The notes under the pieces are model-generated. The model worked only from the letters and a program-made list of their open reading frames with translations. It was not told the DNA's origin and searched no databases. DNA of 64,000 bases from Fibrobacteria bacterium (GTDB lineage Bacteria; Fibrobacterota; Fibrobacteria; UBA5070). How positions within the stretch are numbered: the stretch's first letter is position 1; each line of letters begins with the position of its first letter. Positions 9,780 to 19,593 of the stretch are shown in pieces. Location: assembly GCA_020633825.1 (NCBI GenBank), contig JACKCV010000003.1, forward strand, positions 241,167 through 305,166, given 5' to 3'. Position numbers and translations under genes: made by a program.

Positions 9780-10246
9780 GCCGACTCGAGCCGACGATAG
9801 AGATCGGCCATTTCGATGGCCGATACGGCGGCTTCGAATCCCTTGTTGCCGGCCTTGCCACCCGAACGCTGTTCGGCCTGTTCGAGATCCTCGGTGGTGA
9901 GGACGGCGAAGACGACGGGAACGTTGGCCTCGTAGCCGAGTTGGCCGAGAGCCCGGGTGGTCCCGTTGACCACCTGCTCGAAATGGGGCGTGTCGCCGCG
10001 GATGACGCAGCCGAGGGCGATCACGGCGGAATACTTGTTGGCGTCCACCAGGCGACGGGCCACGGGACCGATCTCCCAGGCGCCGGGAACCTTGAACAGG
10101 ACGATGTCCTCGTCCTTGACGCCGTGCCGGAGCAATCCGTCGCGCGCGCCCTCGACGAGACGGTCGACAACGAGCGAGTTGAAACGCGAGGCCACAAGGG
10201 CCACCGGACGTGATGGAGGTGCGAAAGCGCCTTCGATGGTCTTCAT
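9776..10246 (-). CDS. ribH: 6,7-dimethyl-8-ribityllumazine synthase
   Basis: MKTIEGAFAPP...VALVASRFN...GCVIRGDTPHFE, classic lumazine synthase. Start at the internal ATG 10246 of ORF 9776..10306. Confidence 0.9.
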   Translation of the reverse strand: MKTIEGAFAPPSRPVALVASRFNSLVVDRLVEGARDGLLRHGVKDEDIVLFKVPGAWEIGPVARRLVDANKYSAVIALGCVIRGDTPHFEQVVNGTTRALGQLGYEANVPVVFAVLTTEDLEQAEQRSGGKAGNKGFEAAVSAIEMADLYRRLESA

Positions 10247-10298
10247 CTCGACTCCTGAGTGGGGCAGACGGGCGAAATTAGCAACTGAAAGAGGTAGT

Positions 10299-11465
10299 TC
10301 ATCCAAAGAGCGAGAGGAATCTGTCCAGAAAATCCCCTTCCCCGTCTCCGGCGTGGCCGAAAGGCTCGTGCCCTTCCACCGTCAGACCGTACCCTTGGAG
10401 GCCGACGATGCGGCGAGGCTTGTTGGTCAGGAGCACGATGCGACGGACTCCGGTCTGCCACAGGATCTGGGCTCCGATCCCCAGGGTCTGCCGGTCGGGA
10501 GTCCAGCGCGGGGACTCCTCGTGCCCGACCCCGATGGGGGGAAGTTCGGGCCGGTCCTCTCCCGGGGCCGGCAGCGCCTGCAAGTAGAGGAACACCCCAC
10601 CCCCCTGCGCCACGCGATCGAGGGCGGCGTGGATGCCCCGCAACTCCACCGCGGCCCGCGCCAGATCCCAACCCGCGTCGGGATTCTCCGCCTGGACGCG
10701 CACGGCGACCGGAGCCTCCGTGGAGATCTCGCCGGAAACCACCGCCGTGTGGGTGAGCCCGCGCACCTGGTCGCGCCATCGAACGATGCGAAGTTGGCGC
10801 CCCTCCCAGGTGACTTCCTCCTGGGAGGCGATCGACACCAGGACTTCGTTGCGACGCCGGTACTCGATCAGGTCGGCGACCGAGCACATCGGCATGTTCC
10901 ACCGATCGGCGAACTCCCGAAGGGCGGGCACCCGCATCATGGTGCCGTCGTCGCCCATGATCTCGCAGATCACCCCCGCCGGTCGATGCCCGGCCAACCG
11001 GGCCAGGTCGACGCTGGCCTCGGTCTGCCCGGAACGGACCAGGACCCCTCCGTCGCGCGCGACCAGCGGGAACATGTGCCCCGGGGTGACGAGATCGTCG
11101 CGGGTGGTCGAGGGATCGACCAGGACCTGGACGGTCCGCGCCCGGTCGGCGGCCGAGATGCCCGTGGTGGTCCCCACCCGCGCTTCCACCGAGACCGTGA
11201 ACGCGGTCTGGAGTGGAGCCGTGTTGTGGCGGGTCATCATGGGCAGCTCCAACTGCCGGGCCCGGTCCTCGGTGAGAGAGCAGCAGATCAGCCCGCGCCC
11301 GTGGGTGGCCATGAAATTGATCATCGCGGCGTCGCAGGACTGCGCGCTGCCGACCAGGTCCCCTTCGTTCTCCCTGTCCTCGTCGTCGCAGACGATGCAC
11401 ATGCGGCCTTCGCGGATGGCTTCGATGGAGCGTTCCACCGGGTCGAAGAAGGAGGATTGGGTCAT
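10299..11465 (-). CDS. ribBA: Bifunctional 3,4-dihydroxy-2-butanone-4-phosphate synthase / GTP cyclohydrolase II
   Basis: MTQSSFFDPVERSIEAIREGRM...VCDDEDRENEGDLV (DHBP synthase) followed by a GTP-cyclohydrolase-II-like domain. ATG at 11465; the listed upstream extension is spurious. Confidence 0.9.
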   Translation of the reverse strand: MTQSSFFDPVERSIEAIREGRMCIVCDDEDRENEGDLVGSAQSCDAAMINFMATHGRGLICCSLTEDRARQLELPMMTRHNTAPLQTAFTVSVEARVGTTTGISAADRARTVQVLVDPSTTRDDLVTPGHMFPLVARDGGVLVRSGQTEASVDLARLAGHRPAGVICEIMGDDGTMMRVPALREFADRWNMPMCSVADLIEYRRRNEVLVSIASQEEVTWEGRQLRIVRWRDQVRGLTHTAVVSGEISTEAPVAVRVQAENPDAGWDLARAAVELRGIHAALDRVAQGGGVFLYLQALPAPGEDRPELPPIGVGHEESPRWTPDRQTLGIGAQILWQTGVRRIVLLTNKPRRIVGLQGYGLTVEGHEPFGHAGDGEGDFLDRFLSLFG

Positions 11466-12055
11466 TTTTTGTCCTTGAGGAGTTTCTCGACGTACTTGGC
11501 CAGGACGTCGACCTCCACGTTCACGCGCCGACCGGCGCGCCAACGGGAAATGGTCGTGGCGGAAGCTGTGTGCGGGATGATGTTGACGGAGATGCGCGAG
11601 GCGGAAACGGATCCCAGCGTCAGGGAGATCCCGTCCAGGCAGATCGAACCGCGATCGATGCAGTACTTCGAAAGACCCGCGGGAAGTCGCAGGATCCATT
11701 CCGTGGAACCTTCGCGGCTCCGCGAGGAGACCACCGAAGCCACGCCGTCGACATGCCCCTGCACCCAATGCCCGCCCATGCGGGTGTGGGGCAGCATGGC
11801 CCGCTCGAGGTTCAGCAGGTCTCCGGGTTTGCGATCGCCCAGGGTGGTGACCTGGAGGGTCTCGGCGACGGCGACCACCTCGAACACGTCGCCTTGGATG
11901 GCCTCCACCGTCAGGCAGACGCCGTCGTGGGCGATCGAATCGCCGATCGCCAACCCGTCCCGGAAGAACGGGGCCTTGACCAGCAGGCGCCGGTTCCCGC
12001 GCTCGGGCTTGATCGCCTCCAGGAGGCCCTGGGTTTCGACGAGACCAGTGAACAT
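11462..12055 (-). CDS. ribE: Riboflavin synthase (alpha subunit)
   Basis: MFTGLVETQG...GDSIAHDGVCLTV...ICLDGISLTL duplicated lumazine-binding repeats. ATGA overlap with ribBA. Confidence 0.9.
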   Translation of the reverse strand: MFTGLVETQGLLEAIKPERGNRRLLVKAPFFRDGLAIGDSIAHDGVCLTVEAIQGDVFEVVAVAETLQVTTLGDRKPGDLLNLERAMLPHTRMGGHWVQGHVDGVASVVSSRSREGSTEWILRLPAGLSKYCIDRGSICLDGISLTLGSVSASRISVNIIPHTASATTISRWRAGRRVNVEVDVLAKYVEKLLKDKK

Positions 12056-12056
12056 G

Positions 12057-14000
12057 TCAGCCTCCGAACGTCCAGACGACGCCCCAACCCGACCGGATCC
12101 CCAGCGGCGTCCAGCCGGGAAGGACCGCCTGCTTGCGATCGCCGAGGTTCTCGATGCGCCAGAAGAGGTCGAAGGTGCGGATGGTGACGCGGTTTTCCAG
12201 GTCGAGATTCCAGGAGGCGGGGAGATTGGTCATGATCGCCCCTTCCCGCCCGACGGGAACGTAGAAGGACGTGGAATTCCAGGTCGACAATTCCAGGGAG
12301 GAGGTGGCGCGGAACCGGCCCGGGAGCAGCTCGTCGCTCCACTGGACCTTGCTCCGGGTCCGCAGGGTGGCCTCCGAAGGATCGTGTTTTCCCGAGAACC
12401 CTCCCCCGGGCAGTCCGGTCCATCCCCAGCCCAGACGGGTGGAGCCTTCGAAGGTCTTCCAGCGGCTGCTGATTCCGGCGTCGAGGGAATAGCCCTGGAC
12501 GGTACCCCGGTCGCGACGGCGCAGCACGAGACTTCGATCGGCGACGTATTCCGGACCTTCTCCCGGCAGGATGGAGGCGCGGGACGCCCCCTCGATCTGG
12601 AGCAACGCCCCTCCGATCTGGACGGAACCCGCTCCGCCGCGAACCCCCAACCTCAAGGTGGCGAGGTCGCGGGTTTCGGTGCCGAGATTCGACTGGTCCA
12701 GGAAAGGCAACGCCGGATCCGGCCTCAATTCCCGATCGAACCCGGGAAGGAGGTTGGAACGGTTCCACCCCAGGGCGGCCTCGAACACCCCCGGAGTCCA
12801 GGAAAGTTCGGAACGGGCATCGAAGGCGTCGTGATCTTGTCCGTCCCAGGCTTCCAGGAGGGTCCATCCGCCCCCCGATTTCAGCAACAGATCCCCCCAG
12901 CGGAGGTTTCCGGAGACCCCCACTCGGGACAGATTTTCGTCCATCGCGTCGTCGAAGTCCCCGTTGGAACGCATCACCTGGGCGCTCCCCTGGCTTTCCC
13001 GACGCCGGGCTTCCAGCCGGAGTTCGGCACCGGGCGTCCCGAGTCCCAGATGGAAATCCCCTTCCCGAACGGATTCGGAGCCGGAGGACAGGACACGCAC
13101 CCCGGTGTCGGACCATGCCGGAAGCTCCCAGCGGAAATCGCCTTCCCGGGCGGCTCCATGCAGGCTCCAAAGGCTGCGGCGGAGGTCCAGCCGTCCGAAG
13201 AATCCCGACCGGGATTCGGCTCCATCGATCTTGGGGCGGAGGGAATCCCAGGTGGAGAGGGGGTCGGGAATCCCGCGTTCCAGATCGACCCAATTCCATC
13301 CCAGGTCGAGACGCCCCCCGGGCAGGGTTCGTGAAACCGAGGTTTCCCAACGCACGTCGTCCTGCCCGGGTCCGTGGCCCTGGTAGGGCAACCCTTGCGG
13401 TTTTCCACGGGGCCCGAACATGTCGTTGACCTGCTGGCGATACTCCCAGAAACGCCCCGGAGCCGAGCGCGTGTTCATCCTCAGATCGAGGCTCCAGGGC
13501 CCGAGCACCGCGCGGGACAGGCCGAACCCGAACCGGTAGGAATTCACCGCCCCGCGCCAGAACTGGACCCCCGTGGAGGGGGTGTCGGTGGCCGCCGGCC
13601 AAGGGTCCAGGAGGCGTTCCGGCTCGCCCCCCAAGCCGGGTCGCGACGTGGGCTCCACCGCGTAGGCGTGCAACGGTCCGGCGCCACCGGCCCCCGCGAG
13701 AAGGTCCGATTCCCCTTGGGCGAACACGGGGCGCTCGGACAGGGGAAGACCGACCCAGGGCAACCAGCGTTCGAACTGGCCATCGAGCTCCGCCGAAAGG
13801 ACCCAGGGAACTCCAGGCCATCCACGGTGGGTGGCATTGGCCAGAGCTCCCGACACCGATCCCGAGCGTTCCGGGACCTTCCAGGAAGTCGGGGCGGGCC
13901 GCCAGGACGTTTCCAGGGAATCGACGCCGGGGGCGAGGGTATCCGTGCGGGAAGCGTGCAGGGCCGTACAGGCCAGGAGGATCAGGACTCCAGGATCCAC
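12057..14000 (-). CDS. Putative outer-membrane beta-barrel protein (signal peptide; function unknown)
   Basis: C-terminal 648 aa of the 1492-aa ORF: signal-peptide-like VDPGVLILLACTALHA, Trp/Gly/Asn-rich alternating strands, C-terminal ...GWGVVWTFGG. GTG at 14000. The upstream 840 aa of the ORF are Arg/Pro junk overlapping the kinase in another frame. Confidence 0.45.
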   Translation of the reverse strand: MDPGVLILLACTALHASRTDTLAPGVDSLETSWRPAPTSWKVPERSGSVSGALANATHRGWPGVPWVLSAELDGQFERWLPWVGLPLSERPVFAQGESDLLAGAGGAGPLHAYAVEPTSRPGLGGEPERLLDPWPAATDTPSTGVQFWRGAVNSYRFGFGLSRAVLGPWSLDLRMNTRSAPGRFWEYRQQVNDMFGPRGKPQGLPYQGHGPGQDDVRWETSVSRTLPGGRLDLGWNWVDLERGIPDPLSTWDSLRPKIDGAESRSGFFGRLDLRRSLWSLHGAAREGDFRWELPAWSDTGVRVLSSGSESVREGDFHLGLGTPGAELRLEARRRESQGSAQVMRSNGDFDDAMDENLSRVGVSGNLRWGDLLLKSGGGWTLLEAWDGQDHDAFDARSELSWTPGVFEAALGWNRSNLLPGFDRELRPDPALPFLDQSNLGTETRDLATLRLGVRGGAGSVQIGGALLQIEGASRASILPGEGPEYVADRSLVLRRRDRGTVQGYSLDAGISSRWKTFEGSTRLGWGWTGLPGGGFSGKHDPSEATLRTRSKVQWSDELLPGRFRATSSLELSTWNSTSFYVPVGREGAIMTNLPASWNLDLENRVTIRTFDLFWRIENLGDRKQAVLPGWTPLGIRSGWGVVWTFGG

Positions 14001-15148
14001 GCGTTCAATCGTCGCTGGAACTCCACCATGGAGACCGGTCGTTGTTCGAGATCCCGGGAGAGGCACTCGAGAAGGAAGGTGCGGAGGTTGTCCCCGTTGC
14101 GGTAGGGGATCCGGGGAACCTGGGGCTCGACTTCGGCCAAGGCGCCCAACCCGCGTTCGTCCTGGTCGATGTCGATGGCCGCACGCGCTTCGAAGGGGTT
14201 GATCCCGGTGAAGGCGTAGCAGGCCAGCACGGCCAGGGAGAAGATGTCGGTGCGTTGGTCGAGCCGGTAGTACTCGCCCCGAAGCTGTTCGTAGCTCATG
14301 TACGACTGGGTCCCGGGAACCTGCATGGCCATGTCGCCGACGGTGTCGGAGACATGCATCCAGCGGGCGGACCCGAAATCCGTCAGGATGGGCTGGTCGC
14401 CCTGCATCAGGATGTTCGTGGGCTTGAGGTCGCAGTGGATGATCCCGCGGAAGTGGAGTTCCCCGACGATCCCCGCGATCTGGTTCACCTGGACCACGCG
14501 CTTGACGAGTTCCTTCTCGTCGGCGGGACGGCGACGCCACCGCACGGCGATGTCCTCCCCCTGCACGTACTGCATGATCATGTACAGGTGGCGCGGCTCT
14601 CCCGCTTTCCGGCCCAGGAAGCCGAAGTCGAACATCTTCACCACATGCGGGGCGTTCTGGCTCGACAAATAGAGGTTGTACCCCATTTCGGTGAGGAACA
14701 GACGGATGTTGGAGTTGTTGACGTCGGGACGCGTGGTTCGATAGATCGTGGGGCGCAACACCCGTAGGACCGCCGAACGCCGCCCCTTCCCGGGAATGTT
14801 GATGTTCGGGACGTAGAAGACGTCGCAGAAGCCTCCGGACCCGAGCCATTTCTCGATCACCAGTTCGGGATCGTAGGCGCGGAAGTCCTTTTCGAGGGTG
14901 CGCACGTAGACTTCGAATTCTTCGCCGCGCTCGGGACAACGGAAGTTCGAAACGTGCAGGGAAGAAGGATCTTCGCGAACGGTCGATTCCGGCGCCGGTG
15001 TGGAGCGGGCGGGAAGGGAAACCGCCGGTGCGGGCTCCTCGTCGCGTCCCAGAAGGGACCGGAAGGGCTTGATGAGCATGTCCATCTTGTGGAAGGAAAG
15101 ATAGACGTCCGAGACCCGATCTTCCTCCCCCGATCCGGGGTTTGGCAA
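13982..15148 (-). CDS. Ser/Thr protein kinase (Hanks type)
   Basis: GSGGFCDVF (G-loop), HCDLKPTNIL (catalytic loop), DFGSA, plus an APE-like region. 388 aa. Confidence 0.8.
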   Translation of the reverse strand: MPNPGSGEEDRVSDVYLSFHKMDMLIKPFRSLLGRDEEPAPAVSLPARSTPAPESTVREDPSSLHVSNFRCPERGEEFEVYVRTLEKDFRAYDPELVIEKWLGSGGFCDVFYVPNINIPGKGRRSAVLRVLRPTIYRTTRPDVNNSNIRLFLTEMGYNLYLSSQNAPHVVKMFDFGFLGRKAGEPRHLYMIMQYVQGEDIAVRWRRRPADEKELVKRVVQVNQIAGIVGELHFRGIIHCDLKPTNILMQGDQPILTDFGSARWMHVSDTVGDMAMQVPGTQSYMSYEQLRGEYYRLDQRTDIFSLAVLACYAFTGINPFEARAAIDIDQDERGLGALAEVEPQVPRIPYRNGDNLRTFLLECLSRDLEQRPVSMVEFQRRLNAWILES

Positions 15149-15320
15149 TTGTGAGGTGCCTCACAGGCGGATCCTCCCTTGGTTGACGACCGCTTTTTCC
15201 CCCAGTACTCTTGAAGTTGTTCTGCTTCTCGTTCTCACTCTTGGCCCAGACTCCGAAGCCCGGAGGGGCCGCATTCCGCCCAAGGGAACCAGGACGTCCC
15301 ACCCAAGGATCGAGCCGACG

Positions 15321-16001
15321 ATGAATCCGAAACACCTTTCCATTCCTCTCGGTCTCCTCCTGGCTGGAATCACCCCTCTCGCGGCGGCCCCTTCCGCCTC
15401 CCCCTCCGAAGGACGCTCCGTTCCGACCGCCGTCCTCCCCTTGGCGGTGGAGGGCGTATCGGAATCGGAAGCCCGCCAGGTCGGAGACGCCTTGGCGACC
15501 GCCCTCCAGAATTCCGGGCGGGTGCGGATGCTGGAACGGTCCCGGATCGACGAGATCCTCGCGGAACAGGGCTTCCAGCAGAGCGGAGCATGCGACCAGG
15601 GGGAGTGCGCGGTCGAGGCGGGACGTTTGCTGGGGGTCGAGCAGCTGGTCGTCGGAACCCTGGGACGGGTCGGGACCAGCGTCCAGATTTCGGCACGGCG
15701 CATCGATGTCGGCACCGGCGAGATCCTGGCGTCCTCCACCCGCAAGGGACCACTTCCGCTGGATCGGGTCCTCTCCCCCCTCGTTGAGTTGGTCGAGCAG
15801 GATCTCCTCGAGGGCGGAGGGCCTGCAGGGGACGCCCGACCGGAGGGCTCGCGCCGCTGGCTCTGGTGGGCGGGTGGAGGAGCCGCGTTGGCGGGTGCGG
15901 CCACGGCCTACGTCCTCCTGCGCGAGGACGAAGCTTCCGGCTCCGGATCGACGCAAACCTCCCCCGTTCCGGATGCGGATCTGCAGGTGGTCCTCCCATG
16001 A
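15321..16001 (+). CDS. Secreted protein with CsgG/LpoB/TolB-N-like domain and C-terminal TM anchor
   Basis: Signal peptide MNPKHLSIPLGLLLAGITPLAAA, then AVLPLAVEG...RVRMLERSRIDEILAEQ...GVEQLVVGTLGRVGTSVQISARRIDVGTGEI (CsgG-like fold pattern), then a hydrophobic C-terminal helix. Start at internal ATG 15321 of ORF 15156..16001. Confidence 0.5.
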   Translation: MNPKHLSIPLGLLLAGITPLAAAPSASPSEGRSVPTAVLPLAVEGVSESEARQVGDALATALQNSGRVRMLERSRIDEILAEQGFQQSGACDQGECAVEAGRLLGVEQLVVGTLGRVGTSVQISARRIDVGTGEILASSTRKGPLPLDRVLSPLVELVEQDLLEGGGPAGDARPEGSRRWLWWAGGGAALAGAATAYVLLREDEASGSGSTQTSPVPDADLQVVLP

Positions 16002-17278
16002 GCCCCGGCAAGCACCTCCTGGGGCTGTCCCTGGCCTGCGCGTTGGCGACGGGCTGCCAGACCGACCTCGGCCCCACGAGTTCGCAACCCTCGGTCGCCT
16101 TGCAGGCGCGCCTCCTGGCCGACGCCCCCGCACCACCGGTCGAGAGCGTCGCCGTGGCCCTCCTGATCGGAGGAGGAGGGATCGACACCTTGGTGCGCCC
16201 CTACCGCAGCGGCGACACCCTGTCCCTCCCTCCCGTCCCCCACGGGTCCGCGTGGCAGGTCGCGCTGGTGGGGTTCGACACCGAGGAATCCTACCGAGGC
16301 CCGGCGACGGGTTTCGTCCAGAAGCGCATCGCGCGCTGGGGATCCACCGCCCAGGGGATCGCCGACGGCACCTCCGGGAAGCAGACCGTGACGCTCCCCC
16401 TGCAGATCCCGGACACCGTCCGGGCGACGGCCAGCGGCCCCTTCGCGGGCGACTCCGTCGTGGTTTCCGACAACACCTGGAGCGCTTCCCGGGCGCATCC
16501 CGCCCTGGAAGCCGACCCCGTCTCCCACGCCGCACCCTTCGCCGTGGACTCGCCCGACACCCTCTACCTGGCGCGACGGGAATTGTCGACCTTCGTCCCC
16601 GCCCCGCTGGGCTCCTCCTGGTCGTCGTTCGCCTGGGTCTGGAGCCCCGCGATCCGGATGGTGTTCGCCTCCCCCACCGGACGATCCACTTCCGGCACCT
16701 TCACCGACCCCCGCGACGGCCGTCTCTACCGGACGACCACGTTCCAGGGTCAGACCTGGATGGCCGAAAACCTATCCTGGGCGGGCTCCGACGGAACCCT
16801 CGGTTCCTGCGTGGGCGGAACTCCCGAGGGATGCTCCACCTGGGGGCGTCTGTACACCTGGATCGAGGCGATGCAGGGAAGCACCGGCTCCGACGCCACC
16901 CCCAGCGGGGTCCAGGGCGTCTGCCCTTCGGGATGGCACCTGCCCAGCGCCGCCGAATGGGACTCCCTCGCCGCGCACCTGGGAGGAGGCCTCCTCGCCG
17001 GAGACTCCCTCAAACGCTCCGGAGCCTGGACGGGTGGATCCCTCGACGGGGGACGCGACGCCATCGGGTTCGACGCCATCCCCTCCGGGCGGCACGACCC
17101 CGACGGAGCCGACTACTACCAGGGGGAATCCGCCTTCTGGTGGACCTCCTCCCGCAACGGGACCGAGGCCATCCGTCGCGATCTCCTGCGCGACCGCTCG
17201 AGCCTCTACCAGGCCGCCACCGACATCTCCGGGAGCTTCGCCTATTCCCACTCGGTCCGTTGCGTGAAGACTCCATGA
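15998..17278 (+). CDS. Lipoprotein with C-terminal Fibrobacter-succinogenes-major-paralogous (FSM, TIGR02145-like) domain
   Basis: Lipobox LACALATGC. C-terminal DPRDGRLYRTTTFQGQTWMAENLSW...CPSGWHLPSAAEWDSL...AFWWTSS...VRCVK matches the FSM domain. ATGA overlap with the upstream gene. Confidence 0.75.
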   Translation: MSPGKHLLGLSLACALATGCQTDLGPTSSQPSVALQARLLADAPAPPVESVAVALLIGGGGIDTLVRPYRSGDTLSLPPVPHGSAWQVALVGFDTEESYRGPATGFVQKRIARWGSTAQGIADGTSGKQTVTLPLQIPDTVRATASGPFAGDSVVVSDNTWSASRAHPALEADPVSHAAPFAVDSPDTLYLARRELSTFVPAPLGSSWSSFAWVWSPAIRMVFASPTGRSTSGTFTDPRDGRLYRTTTFQGQTWMAENLSWAGSDGTLGSCVGGTPEGCSTWGRLYTWIEAMQGSTGSDATPSGVQGVCPSGWHLPSAAEWDSLAAHLGGGLLAGDSLKRSGAWTGGSLDGGRDAIGFDAIPSGRHDPDGADYYQGESAFWWTSSRNGTEAIRRDLLRDRSSLYQAATDISGSFAYSHSVRCVKTP

Positions 17279-17340
17279 TCCCCCCGGATCGCCACCTCCC
17301 CGTTTCCCTCCATCACCGTCCCGAACCGGGAGACGATTCC

Positions 17341-18444
17341 ATGACACCATCCTTGCTTCGCACCTTGGCCCTCGCGCTCGCCGCCGCGGCGTGTTCGTCC
17401 CGGGCGGCGACGATTTCCGGCACCGTGACCGATTTGGCCGGATCGCCCCTCGCCGACATGCGCGTCGCCTTGCTTCCCGCAGGAGGCTCGACCTGGGCCG
17501 ACCAGGAGGGCCGATGGACCCTCGGAGGGGAATCCTCGCTTTCCACCCGGGGCCCCCGGATCGGCGTGCACCCGACGCGGAATCTCGTGCTGGAACGAGG
17601 CGTCCTGCGGTTCTCGCCCCGGGGGATGGATCTGCTCGGACGGCGATCGATCGCCATGGCATCCGGTCGTCGAGGGGAGGAGATCTTCTCCGCGGTCCCC
17701 GCGACGCGTTCTGCCGTCGACACCCCCGACAGCATCTACTTCGTCCACGCGGGAAGGGTCCTGGGACGCTTTCCCGCCCCCCTCCTCGATTCGTCCTTCG
17801 GCGCGATCGCCCTGGACACCGCATCCTCCGGGCGCGGTGCCCCTTGGAATCCGGCGGTGCCGTACGAGTCCGTTCGCGATGGACGCGACGGACGGGTCTA
17901 CCGGACGGTGAAGGTCGGCGATGCCGTCTGGATGGCGGAGAACTTCGACCTGGCCATCCCGGGACGGGACATCCCCTGGGCGGGTGGCGAAGTGGATACC
18001 GGGCTCAAATACGGCCGGCACTACGATTGGGCGACGGTCATGGCTCTTCCCGATTCCTGCCTGGAGGTGTACTGCCAGGACCAGATCTCCATCCCCCATC
18101 GCGGAATCTGTCCGCTGGGATGGCATGTGCCCTCCGCGGCGGAATGGGACAGCCTTTCGATGCGCACGGGGACGTCCTCCATCTCGGGCCGGACGTTGAA
18201 GGCCCTTTCCGGATGGAGCGAGGACAAGGGGGGGAGCGACACCGCGGGTTTCCGCGCCCTGGGCGCGGGGCGGCGCGATCCCGACGGGGCGTTCCGCTAC
18301 ATCGGAAAGGAAGCCTACTGGTGGACCACCAACGAGACGTTCCGGACGGATTCCGAATACCGGAACATCTCCTGGGACCAGAACTGGCTCTTCTACAACA
18401 AGGCGAAGAACGACGGCTTCTCCCTGCGCTGCGTCCAGGACTGA
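17341..18444 (+). CDS. Lipoprotein with FSM (TIGR02145-like) domain, paralog 2
   Basis: Signal MTPSLLRTLALALAAAACSS. C-terminal VRDGRDGRVYRTVKVGDAVWMAENFD...CPLGWHVPSAAEWDSL...YWWTTNE...LRCVQD. Only the last 367 aa of ORF 15706..18444 are real. Confidence 0.75.
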   Translation: MTPSLLRTLALALAAAACSSRAATISGTVTDLAGSPLADMRVALLPAGGSTWADQEGRWTLGGESSLSTRGPRIGVHPTRNLVLERGVLRFSPRGMDLLGRRSIAMASGRRGEEIFSAVPATRSAVDTPDSIYFVHAGRVLGRFPAPLLDSSFGAIALDTASSGRGAPWNPAVPYESVRDGRDGRVYRTVKVGDAVWMAENFDLAIPGRDIPWAGGEVDTGLKYGRHYDWATVMALPDSCLEVYCQDQISIPHRGICPLGWHVPSAAEWDSLSMRTGTSSISGRTLKALSGWSEDKGGSDTAGFRALGAGRRDPDGAFRYIGKEAYWWTTNETFRTDSEYRNISWDQNWLFYNKAKNDGFSLRCVQD

Positions 18445-18509
18445 GTCGCGCGGAGGATTCGCGCCCCGAGGGGGGCGCGACGCCCTTGCCCGAGTAGGTT
18501 GTGGATCCG

Positions 18510-19571
18510 ATGGCGAAGACCACCTTCAACCTGCTTTCCTCCTCCCTGCTCCTGCTTTCGGGCTGCTCCGGCACCCAGGTGGGCGAGAGGATCCGCCATT
18601 CGCCGCAATGGCGCGACGGGAAGTTCCACAACGCCCAACCGATGCGCAACGAGTTCCTGCTGGGGTTGCGCAACTGGTGGAACGCCTCCCCGGAGGCGAC
18701 GCCGAAGGATCCGCTCCCCGTGCAGGAGGTGGACTCGGCGCGGTTCCACACGCCCCCCAGGACGGGATTGCGCGTCACCTGGCTGGGCCATTCCACGTCC
18801 CTCGTGGAGATGGACGGGATCCGCGTCCTGATCGACCCCGTGTGGGGTCCGCGCGCCTCGCTGGTCTCCTGGGCCGGACCCAAGAGGTGGTACCCCCCTC
18901 CCCTGGATCTCCAGGGACTCCCCGAGCTGGATGCCGTGCTGATCTCCCACGACCATTTCGACCACCTCGACGAAGGAACCATCCGGAAGCTGGGAAACCG
19001 GACCGACCGCTTCATCGTACCCCTGGGTGTCGGAAAACGACTCCTCGCCTGGGGGATCGACTCCGGCCGCATCGAGGAACTCGACTGGTGGGATTCCCTG
19101 ATGGTCCGGGAGATCCGGGTCGTTTCCACCCCGGCTCGTCATGCCAGCGGCAGATCCCTGTTCGACCGGGACCGGAGCTTGTGGTGCGGGTTCGCCCTGA
19201 GCGGCCCCACCCGGAGCCTCTACTACTCCGGCGACACCGGCCCGCAGGAGGCGTTCGCGGAAATCGGCCGCCGCCTGGGCCCTTTCGACCTGACACTGCT
19301 CGAGTGCGGCCAGTACGACCCTGCCTGGCCGGATTGGCACATGGCACCGGAATCGACCCTTTCCGCCCATCGCGCCGTGGACGGCAAAGTGCTCATGCCG
19401 GTCCATTGGGGGTTGTTCAAGCTGGCCTTCCACTCCTGGAAGGAGCCGATCGAACGACTGCTCCAAGCCAACGCCGACAGTCTCTCGACGATCGTCGTGC
19501 CCCGACCCGGAGGAAGCTTCGAACCTCCGGAGGAGCAGCCGCACGATCCGTGGTGGGAACCTCTGCGCTGA
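18510..19571 (+). CDS. MBL-fold metallo-hydrolase (NAPE-PLD/YtnP-like), lipoprotein
   Basis: Signal/lipobox LLLLSGCSG; HxHxDH motif ISHDHFDHLD; downstream His/Asp ligands. Confidence 0.75.
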   Translation: MAKTTFNLLSSSLLLLSGCSGTQVGERIRHSPQWRDGKFHNAQPMRNEFLLGLRNWWNASPEATPKDPLPVQEVDSARFHTPPRTGLRVTWLGHSTSLVEMDGIRVLIDPVWGPRASLVSWAGPKRWYPPPLDLQGLPELDAVLISHDHFDHLDEGTIRKLGNRTDRFIVPLGVGKRLLAWGIDSGRIEELDWWDSLMVREIRVVSTPARHASGRSLFDRDRSLWCGFALSGPTRSLYYSGDTGPQEAFAEIGRRLGPFDLTLLECGQYDPAWPDWHMAPESTLSAHRAVDGKVLMPVHWGLFKLAFHSWKEPIERLLQANADSLSTIVVPRPGGSFEPPEEQPHDPWWEPLR

Positions 19572-19593
19572 GACGGGGGCGCTCCGGAAGCCT

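Noticed and set aside
9957-13334. 1125-aa plus-strand ORF
   Set aside because: Antisense to the ribH/ribBA/ribE/barrel genes, which have unambiguous conserved products.
14001-16535. N-terminal 840 aa of the 1492-aa minus ORF 12057..16535
   Set aside because: Arg/Pro-rich, overlaps the bona fide kinase (different frame) and the plus-strand FSM genes. Only the C-terminal 648 aa (signal peptide onward) look real.
15706-17340. N-terminal 545 aa of ORF 15706..18444
   Set aside because: Same situation: only the part from ATG 17341 (signal peptide plus FSM domain) is coding. The upstream part overlaps the preceding FSM gene in another frame.
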